A stretch of 64,000 nucleotides of DNA from contig OZ037843.1 in NCBI GenBank assembly GCA_964035575.1, positions 558,001-622,000 on the forward strand, given 5' to 3'. The notes beneath the pieces were generated by a model that searched no databases, had not been told where the DNA came from, and was given only the letters and a program-made list of their open reading frames with translations. The translations under genes were made by a program, and so were the position numbers. Shown piece by piece: positions 1 to 12,000 of the stretch (positions are counted from its first letter, which is position 1; the number at the start of each line of letters is the position of its first letter). This DNA comes from Rhynchopus sp. YZ270_cl-10. Taxonomy: Eukaryota.

Positions 1-1398
1 CTCACCCACAACAGCACTGCACGCACAACAGTCAGACGTCCACAGGTCAGAGGACACAGCAACAGCCCCAGGCGTGCATATGCTCTCAAGGCGTGACGCA
101 ACGTTGACAGTGTGTCCGAAGTAGTCTGTCCGTCCAGTGAGTGCGTTCTGTTCGATGGCGACAGGGCCGGTGTTGACACCAATGCGCACAGTGAGGCCAC
201 CCCACAGAGAGTCTTGTGGTGTGCAGATGGGGACGTTGAGGAGCGACGCAGGCCAGTCCGCGTGGAGCAGCTTCTCGTGTACCTGCAGAGCAAAGTTTAT
301 CCCGTCTGCTGTTGTCGCAAAGGCAATCATGAAGGCGTCGCCAATGGTTTTGACTTCGTACCCACCAAACACCTGCATCACCTCCCTCATGACACGGTTG
401 TGGGTATGCAACGCAGCGCCCATCCCGTCAGGTGCACACTCCCAGATCGACGTCGACGCACGGATGTCTGTGAACACAATCGTTGCTGTCCCACTCTCGA
501 GCCCAGGTGGTGCCACAGATGTGTGCTGCACACCGTCCACCTCATCTTCCTCAAACAGCGCAGCAGGGAGGTAGGGACGGTACTTCCGCAGGTTCTCCTC
601 CAACGTCTGCAGCGTTGCGCGCATCTCCTCTGGGAGCAACGTCTCTTGCGCCTCCAGCATGCGTGCCACGCCTTCCACGTCGTACCCAGCCAGGAGTGAG
701 GCGATGTCCTGCACTGTAGCTATGGTCCGCTGCATGGCTTCCTTCTCCTTGAGTGCAGAACGCGCGAAGCCTCTCGTTGCTATAAAATCTACCGCAAATA
801 TGCTGATGCTGGGGAGCAACGTGTACGGCGGGAACCCTACCGGGCAGGGCAATGCATCACACGCCGTGAGCTTGCTCAGGATCGCACGCCTCCCTTCGGC
901 GCCTTCTTGCCACACGAGACCGGGCATTTCAAAGAGCCCAAAGCGAAAGCTTTCTTCGCACCCAAGAACAAGCAACCACACCACCACAAAGCACACCAGG
1001 CCGGTACTGTACCGTTCGGGCACCTCCACCACAAGCAACACATCGATGATGAGGACAAGCAGCGCCCAGTTCGTTTGCCCATGCGTACGTGCGTTCAGGT
1101 CCCACATCAGAAACCCTGCTGCGACGGTGTACAACCCCGGCACCACGACACACGTTGTGAGGTGCCGTTTACTGATAATAACGACTGCAGTCATCAGCGA
1201 CCCCAAGAAAACGCAGGAATATGCGAGAGTGCTTACGCTGAAGGGCGGCCGGCTCGACCAACGGTCGATCAACATGAGCATGCCCACCACAGGCAGTAGC
1301 ATGCCCATGAAGGAAACTATCAACAGCGTCAGCCGCTTCTTCTGCTCAGCTCTGTGCAGAGTTCCGTCAAGCGACAGTGCGTTCGCAAGACACTGCAT
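1..1398 (-). CDS. Multi-pass membrane class III adenylate cyclase (3' end beyond window; absent from ORF track)
   Basis: Hand translation from ATG at 1398 is open to base 1: MQCLANALSLDGT..., several hydrophobic segments, VDFIATRGFARS, then the cyclase motifs IVFTDIRASTSIWE, GYEVKTIGDAFMIAF, VRIGVNTG, DYFGHTVNVASRLE. The N-terminal half aligns by eye with the 15455-17179 protein. Confidence 0.92.
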   Translation of the reverse strand, partial: MQCLANALSLDGTLHRAEQKKRLTLLIVSFMGMLLPVVGMLMLIDRWSSRPPFSVSTLAYSCVFLGSLMTAVVIISKRHLTTCVVVPGLYTVAAGFLMWDLNARTHGQTNWALLVLIIDVLLVVEVPERYSTGLVCFVVVWLLVLGCEESFRFGLFEMPGLVWQEGAEGRRAILSKLTACDALPCPVGFPPYTLLPSISIFAVDFIATRGFARSALKEKEAMQRTIATVQDIASLLAGYDVEGVARMLEAQETLLPEEMRATLQTLEENLRKYRPYLPAALFEEDEVDGVQHTSVAPPGLESGTATIVFTDIRASTSIWECAPDGMGAALHTHNRVMREVMQVFGGYEVKTIGDAFMIAFATTADGINFALQVHEKLLHADWPASLLNVPICTPQDSLWGGLTVRIGVNTGPVAIEQNALTGRTDYFGHTVNVASRLESICTPGAVAVSSDLWTSDCCACSAVVGE

Positions 1399-1597
1399 CA
1401 CAACCCCAACCCTCCCAAATAGCAAAGGCGGCAAGTGGACCACACCTCAGCACCCACAAAGAATATGTGTAACACCTATGTGGAGGATGGCGTGGACTGT
1501 CGGCCTCGAAAGACAAGCCGCGATAGCAACCCTACAATGGGTGTGCTCAAGCTGGTGCCTAAGGGGGTAGTGGTGCATGGAGGTTGTGCTCATTCTC

Positions 1598-1744
1598 GCC
1601 TCGAACGTCACACATAGTGCGATGTGAGGCCGGAGAAAGAGAGAAAGTGCCTCAACAACACCAAAGGGATGAAGTTTTGGGTATTTTGTATACAGTTATT
1701 CTCGCCTCGAACATCACACATGGTGTGATGTGAGGCCGGAGAAA

Positions 1745-1783
<39 letters not shown>

Positions 1784-3377
1784 CCCCGCCACAAAACCCC
1801 ACCAAAGGACAAAGCATTCAGTGTCGACAACACCCATAAAGGCTGTGCTGCAACCCACGCAAACCTGAAGCAAAGTGGTGCAACTGTGTCACCCACACTG
1901 CCCCGTGGCACCTCCCTCACCATGACGTTGTGCTCCCCATTTGATCCTCTGTTGCGAAGCCTGGATGTGTCCACCACGCCTCGAACATCACACATAGTGC
2001 GATGTGAAGCCGGTATCACATAACCACCGCCCATGCAGAGAGAACCACGACCCCAACCACAGTGAAGCCTTTTCAAGTGTACGCAAACCAACTACGCTCT
2101 CCCAACACTGCCATGCCACGCAGATCGCCACAAGGATATGGGTGGTGCACCTCTCTTGCCTCGAACGTCGCACATAGTGCGATGTGAAGCCGGAGATAGA
2201 GAGAGCCCCGCCACCATACCACCCACACCACCCACCCACCTGCAGCATGCAGACCACGTTGCCTACCCCCCACTCCAGTGTCGACACAACCCATCAAGGC
2301 TGTGCTGCAACACACCAAGCCACAAAGCCATCATCGCCACAAAACCACCCTACCCACCTGCAGGCAATCCCAACCTAACCCAACCCCAATCCTGATAACA
2401 AAACCCACGAAGGCTGCGTCAACCCACAAAGCAATCATCAAAAACCTTCCGTTCAAAGCAACCTTGCTGTCCCCCACTCCCAATGAGGAGAGAGGAACCG
2501 GTACGTGGCAAGTCTGATGCAAACCAACTATGCTCTCCCAACACTGCCACGTGTCGGGAGACCTCTCTTGCCTCGAACATCACACATAGTGCGATGTGAA
2601 GCCGGAGATAGAGAGAGAGCCCCGACCCACCTTCAGACAAAAGTCCTCTCGCGAACAGTGTACCTTGGTACAATGACCGGTGCACCGAGTGTACCCCCCC
2701 AACCATGCAGCCCTACAATCCATTTCGTGGTTTACATCTGATATGCTCTACTCCCGCTTCCACTCATCAGCCAGATGAACGGGGAGCATTGAGACACAGG
2801 GAAATAAGTCCTGTCTGTCGAAAGTGAACCCCACTCTGCTGTGCAACACACAAAGTCACAAAGCCGTACCAAGCCCTCCTCCACACGTGGCACCTCCCTG
2901 TCTAGGATACGTTGTGCGGTGCACCAACCTGGGTGGTTCTGTTTGGGTACGTCATTCTCGCCTCGAACATCACATGGTGCGATGTGAGGCACGAGAAAGA
3001 GAGCCACCTCCACAAACCACCCACCAAAGGACAAAGCATTCAGTACTGACACAACCGCAGACATCTGTCTACCACACTGCCCTGTGGCACCTCCCTCACC
3101 ACGACGTTGTGCTCCGTCCCCCATTTGATCCTTTGTTGCGAAGCCTGGATGTGTCCACTACGCCTCGAACATCACACATAGTGCGATGTGAAGCAGGCGT
3201 CACATAACCACCGCCCATGCAGAGAGAACCACGACCCCAACCACAGTGAAGCCTTTTCAAGTGTACGCAAACCAACTACGCTCTCCCAACACTGCCATGC
3301 CACGCAGATCGCCACAAGGATATGGGTGGTGCACCTCTCTTGCCTCGAACGTCGCACATAGTGCGATGTGAAGCCGG
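1598..3377. repeat. Array of 8 spaced ~36-bp hairpin repeats (GCCTCGAACATCACACATAGTGCGATGTGA[A/G]GCCGG)
   Basis: Copies start at 1598, 1704, 1978, 2158, 2570, 2960, 3162 and 3342. They are separated by mosaic spacers; ~1890-2380 is duplicated at ~3072-3566 (offset 1184). Confidence 0.9.
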
Positions 3378-3600
3378 AGATAGAGAGAGCCCCGCCACCA
3401 TACCACCCACACCACCCACCCACCTGCAGCATGCAGACTACCTTGCCTACCCCCCACTCCAGTGTCGACACAACCCATCAAGACTGTGCTGCAACACGCG
3501 CAAGCCACAAAGCCATCATCGCCACAAAACCACCCCACCCACCTGCAGGCAATCCCAACCCAACCTAAACAAAAGAGACCAGGCCGAAAAGTGAGAAGTA

Positions 3601-3826
3601 AGGGGTGCTTCTTTGGGCGTTCAGGGGAAAAAATAAGGTTGAAAGTGTAAAGTATAGTTCAATCGACAGTAAAACGAGGAAGGAAGAGGAAGAGCCTCCC
3701 CCTACCTTGGCGCTCCGATCAGAAGAAAGAAGGGAGAAAAAAAAAAACTCACATTTGACCCTCCCATCGGACCCCACGCTCCACAGTCTCAATGCACATC
3801 AGCAACACCCGACCAACTGAGAGACC
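3601..3826. repeat. ~230-bp dispersed repeat, copy 1 (copy 2 at ~13586-13823)
   Basis: Shared sequence GGTTGAAAGTGTAAAGT..TCAATCGAC...TTGGCGCTCCGATCAG...ACTCACATTTGACCCTCCCATCGGACCCCACGCTCC. Confidence 0.85.
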
Positions 3827-4270
3827 ATGTCTATACCACTGTAAAGTGGTATCCAGATACGTTTGGGAGAGGTGCTCCACCTGAGAGAGTTAACACAAAA
3901 ACATGGTGTGGCCGACGACCTCAAAATAGCAGAAAATAGCACCTCCCTTCAGCCACACCAAAACAGGTAGAGGGGTAGGGGCAACAGGGAAAAAGCTATG
4001 GGGGGAGGGATGAGCATTATTTATAATGAGAACCTATCCACGACGTCGACAACCATTTAGGAAACAATTATGGTATGGCGAATCGCAAACACAACAGAGA
4101 TGAGAGGGGAATAGAAAGGAAGAGAGTAGAAACAACCACAGCAGCAACGCGCAGTGTGCTATCGTTTTCCCCCCCGTGTAATGCAATGGGTAAAACGTTT
4201 CGCGATGAGAGTGACAGAAGGACATAAAACAGAGAGCAGGGGGGGGTTAGGGGGAGCCACCAAAGGCGTT

Positions 4271-5461
4271 TTGCTGTCCAAAACCCATTTTTTTGAAATT
4301 TCGGTGAAGAAACCCACTAAAATGGGCGTGCCTGGCCGCAAATCGCCCTGGGGATCACCCATATATCCCAATAAACCACCTGACGACCTTCACAGAGCAT
4401 TTCTTGTCTAAAAAAAATCGATTTTTTGTGAAAAAAGACCCCAAAATTGCGTAACGCTCGCGTAACGCTTGGGGGCCAAAATTTTACACTTGCCAAGAAA
4501 ATTTCCCAGTCAGACAAAACTCCTTCTAAACACCCGAAAAACACTTCAGTCCACATCTTCTGGGGTCCTGGGGTGGAAATGTATGGTTTTTACAGCTTTT
4601 AGGGGTCCTGGGAGGGTCCCAGACGTATTCATGAGGGACGGAACCGCTTAAAATGCCCGAATTTACCTCTTTTTTAGGGTGCTTTTTCACCTTAAAAATT
4701 CAAAAAAAAGTTCTCAGATAAGCACAGAAGTGTCCAAACCCCCTCGGAACTACTCGCCAGACCCCCTGCGGGGTGGAGAATCATATTTGCGATCACTTTT
4801 TGGGCTATTTTGCCCAAAATAATCACGTGTCCCACTTTTGTCCCACTTGTCCCAAAATAGCCTAAAATACCCCATTTTGGGACAAGTGAGGCACAAGTGA
4901 GGCATGGGGTTATTTTGGGCAAAATAGCCCAAAAAGTGATCACAAATATGATTCTCCACCCCGCAGGGGGTCTGGCGAGTAGTTCCGAGGGGGTTTGGAC
5001 ACTTCTGTGATTGTCTGAGCACCTTTTTTTGAATTTTTAAGGTGAAAAAGCACCCTAAAAAAGAGGTAAATTCGGGCATTTTAAGCGGTTCCGTCCCTCA
5101 TGAATACGTCTGGGACCCTCCCAGGACCCCTAAAAGCTGTAAAAACCATACATTTCCACCCCAGGACCCCAGAAGATGTGGACTGAAGTGTTTTTCGGGT
5201 GTTTAGAAGGAGTTTTGTCTGACTGGGAAATTTTCTTGGCAAGTGTAAAATTTTGGCCCCCAAGCGTTACGCGAGCGTTACGCAATTTTGGGGTCTTTTT
5301 TCACAAAAAATCGATTTTTTTTAGACAAGAAATGCTCTGTGAAGGTCGTCAGGTGGTTTATTGGGATATATGGGTGATCCCCAGGGCGATTTGCGGCCAG
5401 GCACGCCCATTTTAGTGGGTTTCTTCACCGAAATTTCAAAAAAATGGGTTTTGGACAGCAA
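4271..5461. repeat. 1.19-kb long inverted repeat (foldback palindrome), centre ~4866
   Basis: TTGCTGTCCAAAACCC at 4271 mirrors GGGTTTTGGACAGCAA ending at 5461. Identical mirror ORFs (4469-4651+ / 5081-5263-; 4317-4556- / 5176-5415+) confirm the symmetry. Confidence 0.95.
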
Positions 5462-5575
5462 GTCCTTAAGGATTTCCTTATACGTGGAACCCCCTACGGG
5501 GTCTGAACTCTGTACCGAAAACTTCTGAGTTCCATTTGTTCAAGTGCACAACGTAGAAATTATACATTTCATATA

Positions 5576-5675
5576 CCGTATTCGTAAATATGTTCGACCG
5601 TAATAAAGTTCGTCATTTTCCGGATTTTTCTGGAAGTTCGTCACTTTTTACGGTCGAACATATTTACGAATACGG
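5576..5675. mobile_element. MITE with CCGTA termini and TA target duplication (Tc1/mariner superfamily, Tc2/pogo-like)
   Basis: TA|CCGTATTCGTAAATATGTTCGACCGTAA...TTACGGTCGAACATATTTACGAATACGG|TA; related copy at 26607-26744. Confidence 0.75.
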
Positions 5676-5721
5676 TACTTGGTATTCTACTGAATAGAAG
5701 TTACAAAAAAATAGACGTAAC

Positions 5722-5850
5722 AAATAGCAATTCTGATAAGTAAAAGGAAAAAAAATGCTTTTTCGTTGATTGCTCAATTACCCTGTTGGAGGGGTGATTG
5801 GCGACCGTATCTGAGGAATTATTTCTCCTTTAAGCTACACTTTGTAGGTA
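5722..5850. repeat. Dispersed ~130-bp element family (copies at ~24943-25070 inverted, ~33134-33270, ~40385-40524, degenerate ~6800-6905)
   Basis: Conserved core CAATTACCC..GAGGGG.TGATTGGCGACCGTATCTGAGGAA..TATTTCTCCTTTAAGCTAC. Confidence 0.8.
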
Positions 5851-8800
5851 TAAAAAAAAAGAATGATTTGAAATGGGTGGGCTTCACAAAAGGACATATA
5901 CACACAACAGAAGCTCTTGAGTACGTGGACCGCCTCGGGTTTCTTCATGTTGCGGCAGAGGTGATTTTGTGAAAGTGGGTGGAATATAGTAAAGTAAAGT
6001 AAAACAAAAAATGGTTTCACACACCAAAAAGAATAACAGAGAAAATGGTGTGATTTTCCTAAAAATTAGGTGTAAATTGGGTACTTCTTGGGTCCTTCTA
6101 GGGTATACACCCTAGCCCTATACAGCCACACCAGAAAAGGAATATGAATGAGTAAGATACTATTTTCAATCGAAAGATGGAGTTTTGTCCAGCGTTGTCT
6201 CCTCTTTTTCTTGAATAAATAATCTTTTGTTTTTTTGGGAAATAAAAAAGTAGGGTACAGCCAGGTACACCTTTCCCTAATTGTGCAGCATAGACTCTCG
6301 CTCCAATAGCGGGGCAATGCAATGACTAAAAAAATTGTTGCAACTACTATCTATTCTACTGAATAGAAAGGTATTATAGGGTACAGGGTACACTAAATGT
6401 ACCCAAACTTTTTTCTACTTTCTGTGGATTGTTTGATTCTTTAAAAATGTAAAAGTTAAAGTGGTTTCGAGCTGCCTGCTATGCCACATTCCCTGAACCC
6501 CATAAAAAAGAAAGTGAGGTTGATAGTGCAAACGCCTCTGGGACGCAGGGCACTTACACTCCGCGGGTTATCGAACCCCCGGAGTGTTGCACGTGGCAGC
6601 TGTTTACAGGGCAACGGTAAGCAGGTACACAGTCACTACCCCATCCTGGCTGGGAAGGGGTGATAAAAATATTAAGAAAAATTTCCAATCGAAAGATGGA
6701 GTTTTATCCACCAGCTTCGTCTCCTCTTTGTAAATTTATAAAGAATCTTTTGTTTTGTTTTTGTTCTTTTGCAAGTAAAATGAAAAAGTAGGGTACAGCC
6801 TGATAAAAAAGGAACGGTTTTTCTTTTAAAGTTGATTGCTCAATTACCTGTTGGTGAATTGGCGGCGTTTCTTGGTTATTCTTTCTCTCTTTAAGCTACG
6901 CTTATTGGGTTTAAAAAAAAACAGAGAAAACAGAGAAAAGAGAACAGTACATTTTAATAATGTGGAATTCGCAGGGAAACACACACTAAAACGCAGCTTA
7001 TTGTCTTCGCACGGTACACCCCCCCAAGACCCGGCGGCGACGCCAATTTTAGTCATGACTATTATTAAATGGGTAAAGACGTACTCCGTGTCCATCCTTG
7101 CCACTGAACAATAATTGAGGGGAACAAAAATAAAAGAGTTGCCAAGGTATTGACTCGCAATACCAACACAGGAATACTTTGGAAAACAAAAGAGAAAGAG
7201 AAAAAGAAAAAGAAAAAAAACAGAAAAACTGTACAAACACGGCACCAGCCATAAACCCCAACTTCTGCGGGGGAGGCGGACCGCAGACCACAGAGTGATG
7301 AGTATCCTCGACTGCCATACGCGCCTTATGAGCATGCTTGCACTCGAAAAGCAGCCCAGCTTGGTCCAAAAGAGGGGGGTGGTAAAAAATGTTGCCGGTA
7401 TACGGCGTCAGAAAAGAGAAAAAAAATAAGAAAGGTATACCAGGTGAACCGCCCTTTTTCTAAGGCCCTTTTTTCACCCAAAGACATGCCTCCCTGCACA
7501 TAAAAAAGAAAGAAAAAAAACAGAAAGCTCAAATGAGCAATACCTGAAGGAACCGTAGTACGGGACGCTCCAAAAAAAGGGTAACATGAAGCCCTGGGGA
7601 TATATCTGGTGCAGTGCACCAGGTCATCCAGGCACGAGGCGTCCATGAACCTCGGACACACGCTACCTGACACAGACAATGGGAAAGGTCGAGACGTGTC
7701 AGATAGCTATTTGAGGGGATGGGGAGGGGAGCATGAACGGCTAGAGAAACACTCGTACAGATCTCTACCTGAAAGAAATCACAACGAAACCTTGGAACGG
7801 GTGTGACGTGCACACGCATTCGGTAAAAGGCCTCAACATGCATACATGGTAGTTCGCCGAATCTGCCAGACTCTTGAAAATCCTGGATTTTCGTGACTTT
7901 CAAACATCAAGAAAAATCCAAGAAAAAGTTAAAAATTGGGAGTCTTGACAAAAAAAAAAGTCAACAAAAAAAAAAGAAGAAAATATCAAAAACAAAAAAA
8001 AGAAGTCGAGAAAGGATGTAAAAAGTGGATTTGATACGATTGAGGATCGTGGATGCAAAAAGGTGACAGACACCTCTTGCAGACAAGGGGGTTCCTTCCA
8101 TGTCCCGAGTGCAGCTGTCAGAGCATACTGAACTATTGTGGAACGCATTTGGATGCTATGATAAAACTATTCGTTCAAAAGAAATTGAACCTGAAAATAC
8201 AAAACCCTCTCGTGTCAGTGTACCTTTCAAAAAAGAAGAAAAAAAGGGAAAAGGTTGAAGATGAATTTTCCTCACGTGCACACACATCTTAAGAAAGGGG
8301 GTCTTTTTGCTTCAATTTTCGAAACCTTCGAAACACTGGGAGTTTTGTACACAGATTAAAAGTCAAAATGGACAAAAAAAAAAAATTCAGAAAATTCTGA
8401 AATATTCTCAAAAACAAAAAATACGAGCAACCCAAGAGGGATCTCCTTCGACAAATTGATACTGGTTCTCACAACACATCCGTCGAAAAAAAAGAATCCG
8501 TTTTTAGAGGGTGATGAAATATGGTAGAAAATATACTGATAAAAGGATACTATGATTTCTGTTCCGTTTAGAGTGTGTGTTGGCTTCATTACTCTTATTC
8601 CGTTGCAAACGAAAGAGTGCAGAATTCTAAAATTTGAAAAGAAACTGGCGCGAGGAATCGAACAGAATGCATGCACCCCGCATTCCTTTTGTGTGACATT
8701 TTGTTTGACAATTTTAATACGACCACCCACGCAGGTGGCCTGCACGCTTTGTGTTCTTTCTGAAAATCCGATCAACAGTGCAGCTGTCACTGCAGTCTTT

Positions 8801-9035
8801 GCACTGTCTTTAAAAAAAATGTTGGGGTGATATGAAATGAGCTTCGTGTCTACAGTATTTTATTCAATAGTGAGTAAGGTGAAGCCACGTAGCCATCTAT
8901 TTAAAAATGGCCGATAATACATTCAAGAAAGCTCTCCACACCAATCAAGAGAAAGAACGATGTACGTAAAGGGGTCCTACAGTACAACAAAACCCTTGAG
9001 AGTCATGGAATGTGCCTGAACGAGACACACGTCAA

Positions 9036-12000
9036 CTAAAATGGTTCGTTGTGGTGGTGGGCATTTATGCTCTGCTGAGGGCTGTAACCCTTGTTGCCCT
9101 GTGCATGCCATACGTAGGCACCAATACCAACAGCAACCAACAGCATGACCACTCCACCACCAATGGCCACAAAATACATTTCAGACTGCGCTTCGTCCTG
9201 GACTGCTGCTGGAACCGCAGTCCGAACATCTGTTCGAATTACAGTCGGCACTGCTGTTGATGCTAGTGGTGCAACAGCTGCAACCGTTGTCGGCACTGCT
9301 GTTCGCGTATTCTCTGGCGACGGAGTAGGTGGACTGGGAGTCGGAGGACTCGGAGTCGGTGGTGATGGTGTCGGTGGACTTGGAGTCGGTGGTGATGGTG
9401 TCGGTGGTGATGGTGTAGGTGGACTTGGAGTCGGAGGACTCGGAGTCGGTGGTGATGGTGTTGGTGGACTTGGAGTTGGAGGTGATGCTGTAGGTGGACT
9501 TGGAGTGGGAGGACTCGGAGTCGGTGGTGTAGGTGGACTCGGAGTCGGTGGTGAAGGTGTCGGTGGACGTGGAGTCGGAGGACTCGGAGTCGGTGGTGAT
9601 GGTGTCGGTGGACTTGGAGTTGGAGGTGATGCTGTAGGTGGACTTGGAGTGGGAGGACTCGGAGTCGGTGGTGAAGGTGTCGGTGGACGTGGAGTCGGAG
9701 GACTCGGAGTCGGTGGTGATGGTGTCGGTGGACTTGGAGTCGGTGGTGATGGTGTTGGTGGACTTGGAGTTGGAGGTGATGCTGTAGGTGGACTTGGAGT
9801 GGGAGGACTCGGAGTCGGTGGTGATGGTGTAGGTGGACTCGGAGTCGGTGGTGATGGTGTCGGTGGACTTGGAGTCGGTGGTGATGGTGTTGGTGGACTT
9901 GGAGTTGGAGGTGATGCTGTAGGTGGACTTGGAGTGGGAGGACTCGGAGTCGGTGGTGTAGGTGGACTCGGAGTCGGTGGTGAAGGTGTCGGTGGACGTG
10001 GAGTCGGAGGACTCGGAGTCGGTGGTGAAGGTGTCGGTGGAAGTGGAGTCGGAGGACTCGGAGTCGGTGGTGATGGTGTCGGTGGACTTGGAGTCGGTGG
10101 TGATGGTGTTGGTGGACTTGGAGTGGGAGGACTCGGAGTCGGTGGTGATGGTGTCGGTGGACTCGGAGTCGGTGGTGATGGTGTAGGTGGACTCGGAGTC
10201 GGTGGTGATGGTGTCGGTGGACTTGGAGTCGGTGGTGATGGTGTTGGTGGACTTGGAGTGGGAGGACTCGGAGTCGGTGGTGATGGTGTCGGTGGACTTG
10301 GAGTCGGTGGTGAAGGTGTCGGTGGACGTGGAGTCGGAGGACTCGGAGTCGGTGGTGATGGTGTCGGAGGACTCGGAGTCGGTGGTGATGGTGTAGGTGG
10401 ACTCGGAGTCGGTGGTGATGGTGTCGGTGGACTTGGAGTCGGTGGTGATGGTGTTGGTGGACTTGGAGTGGGAGGACTCGGAGTCGGTGGTGATGGTGTC
10501 GGTGGACTTGGAGTCGGTGGTGAAGGTGTCGGTGGACGTGGAGTCGGAGGACTCGGAGTCGGTGGTGATGGTGTCGGTGGACTTGGAGTCGGTGGTGATG
10601 GTGTTGGTGGACTTGGAGTGGGAGGACTCGGAGTCGGTGGTGATGGTGTCGGTGGACTTGGAGTCGGTGGTGAAGGTGTCGGTGGACGTGGAGTCGGAGG
10701 ACTCGGAGTCGGTGGTGATGGTGTCGGAGGACTCGGAGTCGGTGGTGATGGTGTAGGTGGACTCGGAGTCGGTGGTGATGGTGTCGGTGGACTTGGAGTC
10801 GGTGGTGATGGTGTTGGTGGACTTGGAGTGGGAGGACTCGGAGTCGGTGGTGATGGTGTCGGTGGACTTGGAGTCGGTGGTGAAGGTGTCGGTGGACGTG
10901 GAGTCGGAGGACTCGGAGTCGGTGGTGATGGTGTCGGTGGACTTGGAGTCGGTGGTGATGGTGTTGGTGGACTTGGAGTGGGAGGACTCGGAGTCGGTGG
11001 TGATGGTGTCGGTGGACTTGGAGTCGGTGGTGAAGGTGTCGGTGGACGTGGAGTCGGAGGACTCGGAGTCGGTGGTGATGGTGTCGGAGGACTCGGAGTC
11101 GGTGGTGATGGTGTCGGTGGACTTGGAGTCGGTGGTGATGGTGTAGGTGGACTCGGAGTCGGTGGTGATGGTGTAGGTGGACTCGGAGTCGGTGGTGATG
11201 GTGTCGGTGGACTTGGAGTCGGTGGTGATGGTGTTGGTGGACTTGGAGTTGGAGGTGATGCTGTAGGTGGACTTGGAGTGGGAGGACTCGGAGTCGGTGG
11301 TGTAGGTGGACTCGGAGTCGGTGGTGAAGGTGTCGGTGGACGTGGAGTCGGAGGACTCGGAGTCGGTGGTGAAGGTGTCGGTGGAAGTGGAGTCGGAGGA
11401 CTCGGAGTCGGTGGTGATGGTGTAGGTGGACTTGGAGTTGGAGGTGATGGTGTCGATGGACCCGGAGTCGGTGGTGATGGTGTCGGTGGACTTGGAGTCG
11501 GTGGTGAAGGTGTCGATGGACTTGGAGTCGGTGGTGATGGTGTCGATGGACTTGGAGTCGGAGGACTCGGAGTCGGTGGTGATGGTGTCGGTGGACTTGG
11601 AGTTGGAGGTGATGGTGTCGATGGACCCGGAGTCGGTGGTGATGGTGTCGGTGGACTTGGAGTGGGAGGACTCGGAGTCGGTGGTGATGGTGTAGGTGGA
11701 CTTGGAGTGGGAGGTGATGGTGTCGGTGGACTTGGAGTGGGAGGACTCGGAGTCGGTGGTGATGGTGTCGGTGGACTTGGAGTCGGAGGACTCGGAGTCG
11801 GTGGTGATGGTGTAGGTGGACTTGGAGTTGGAGGTGATGGTGTCGATGGACCCGGAGTCGGTGGTGATGGTGTCGGTGGACTTGGAGTGGGAGGACTCGG
11901 AGTCGGTGGTGATGGTGTAGGTGGACTTGGAGTGGGAGGTGATGGTGTCGGTGGACTTGGAGTGGGAGGACTCGGAGTCGGTGGTGATGGTGTAGGTGGA

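Noticed and set aside
112..1570. Plus-strand ORFs (195, 145, 303 aa)
   Set aside because: Antisense shadows of the minus-strand adenylate cyclase.
1590..1640. AGA-box (H/ACA-like) snoRNA cluster
   Set aside because: The minus strand has stem+1 nt+AGA in six copies, but the hairpin is ~40 nt with no usable pseudouridylation pocket, and copies 3 and 7 lack AGA.
1598..3377. CRISPR array
   Set aside because: Spacers are ~70-375 nt, irregular and related to each other; no cas genes; eukaryotic context.
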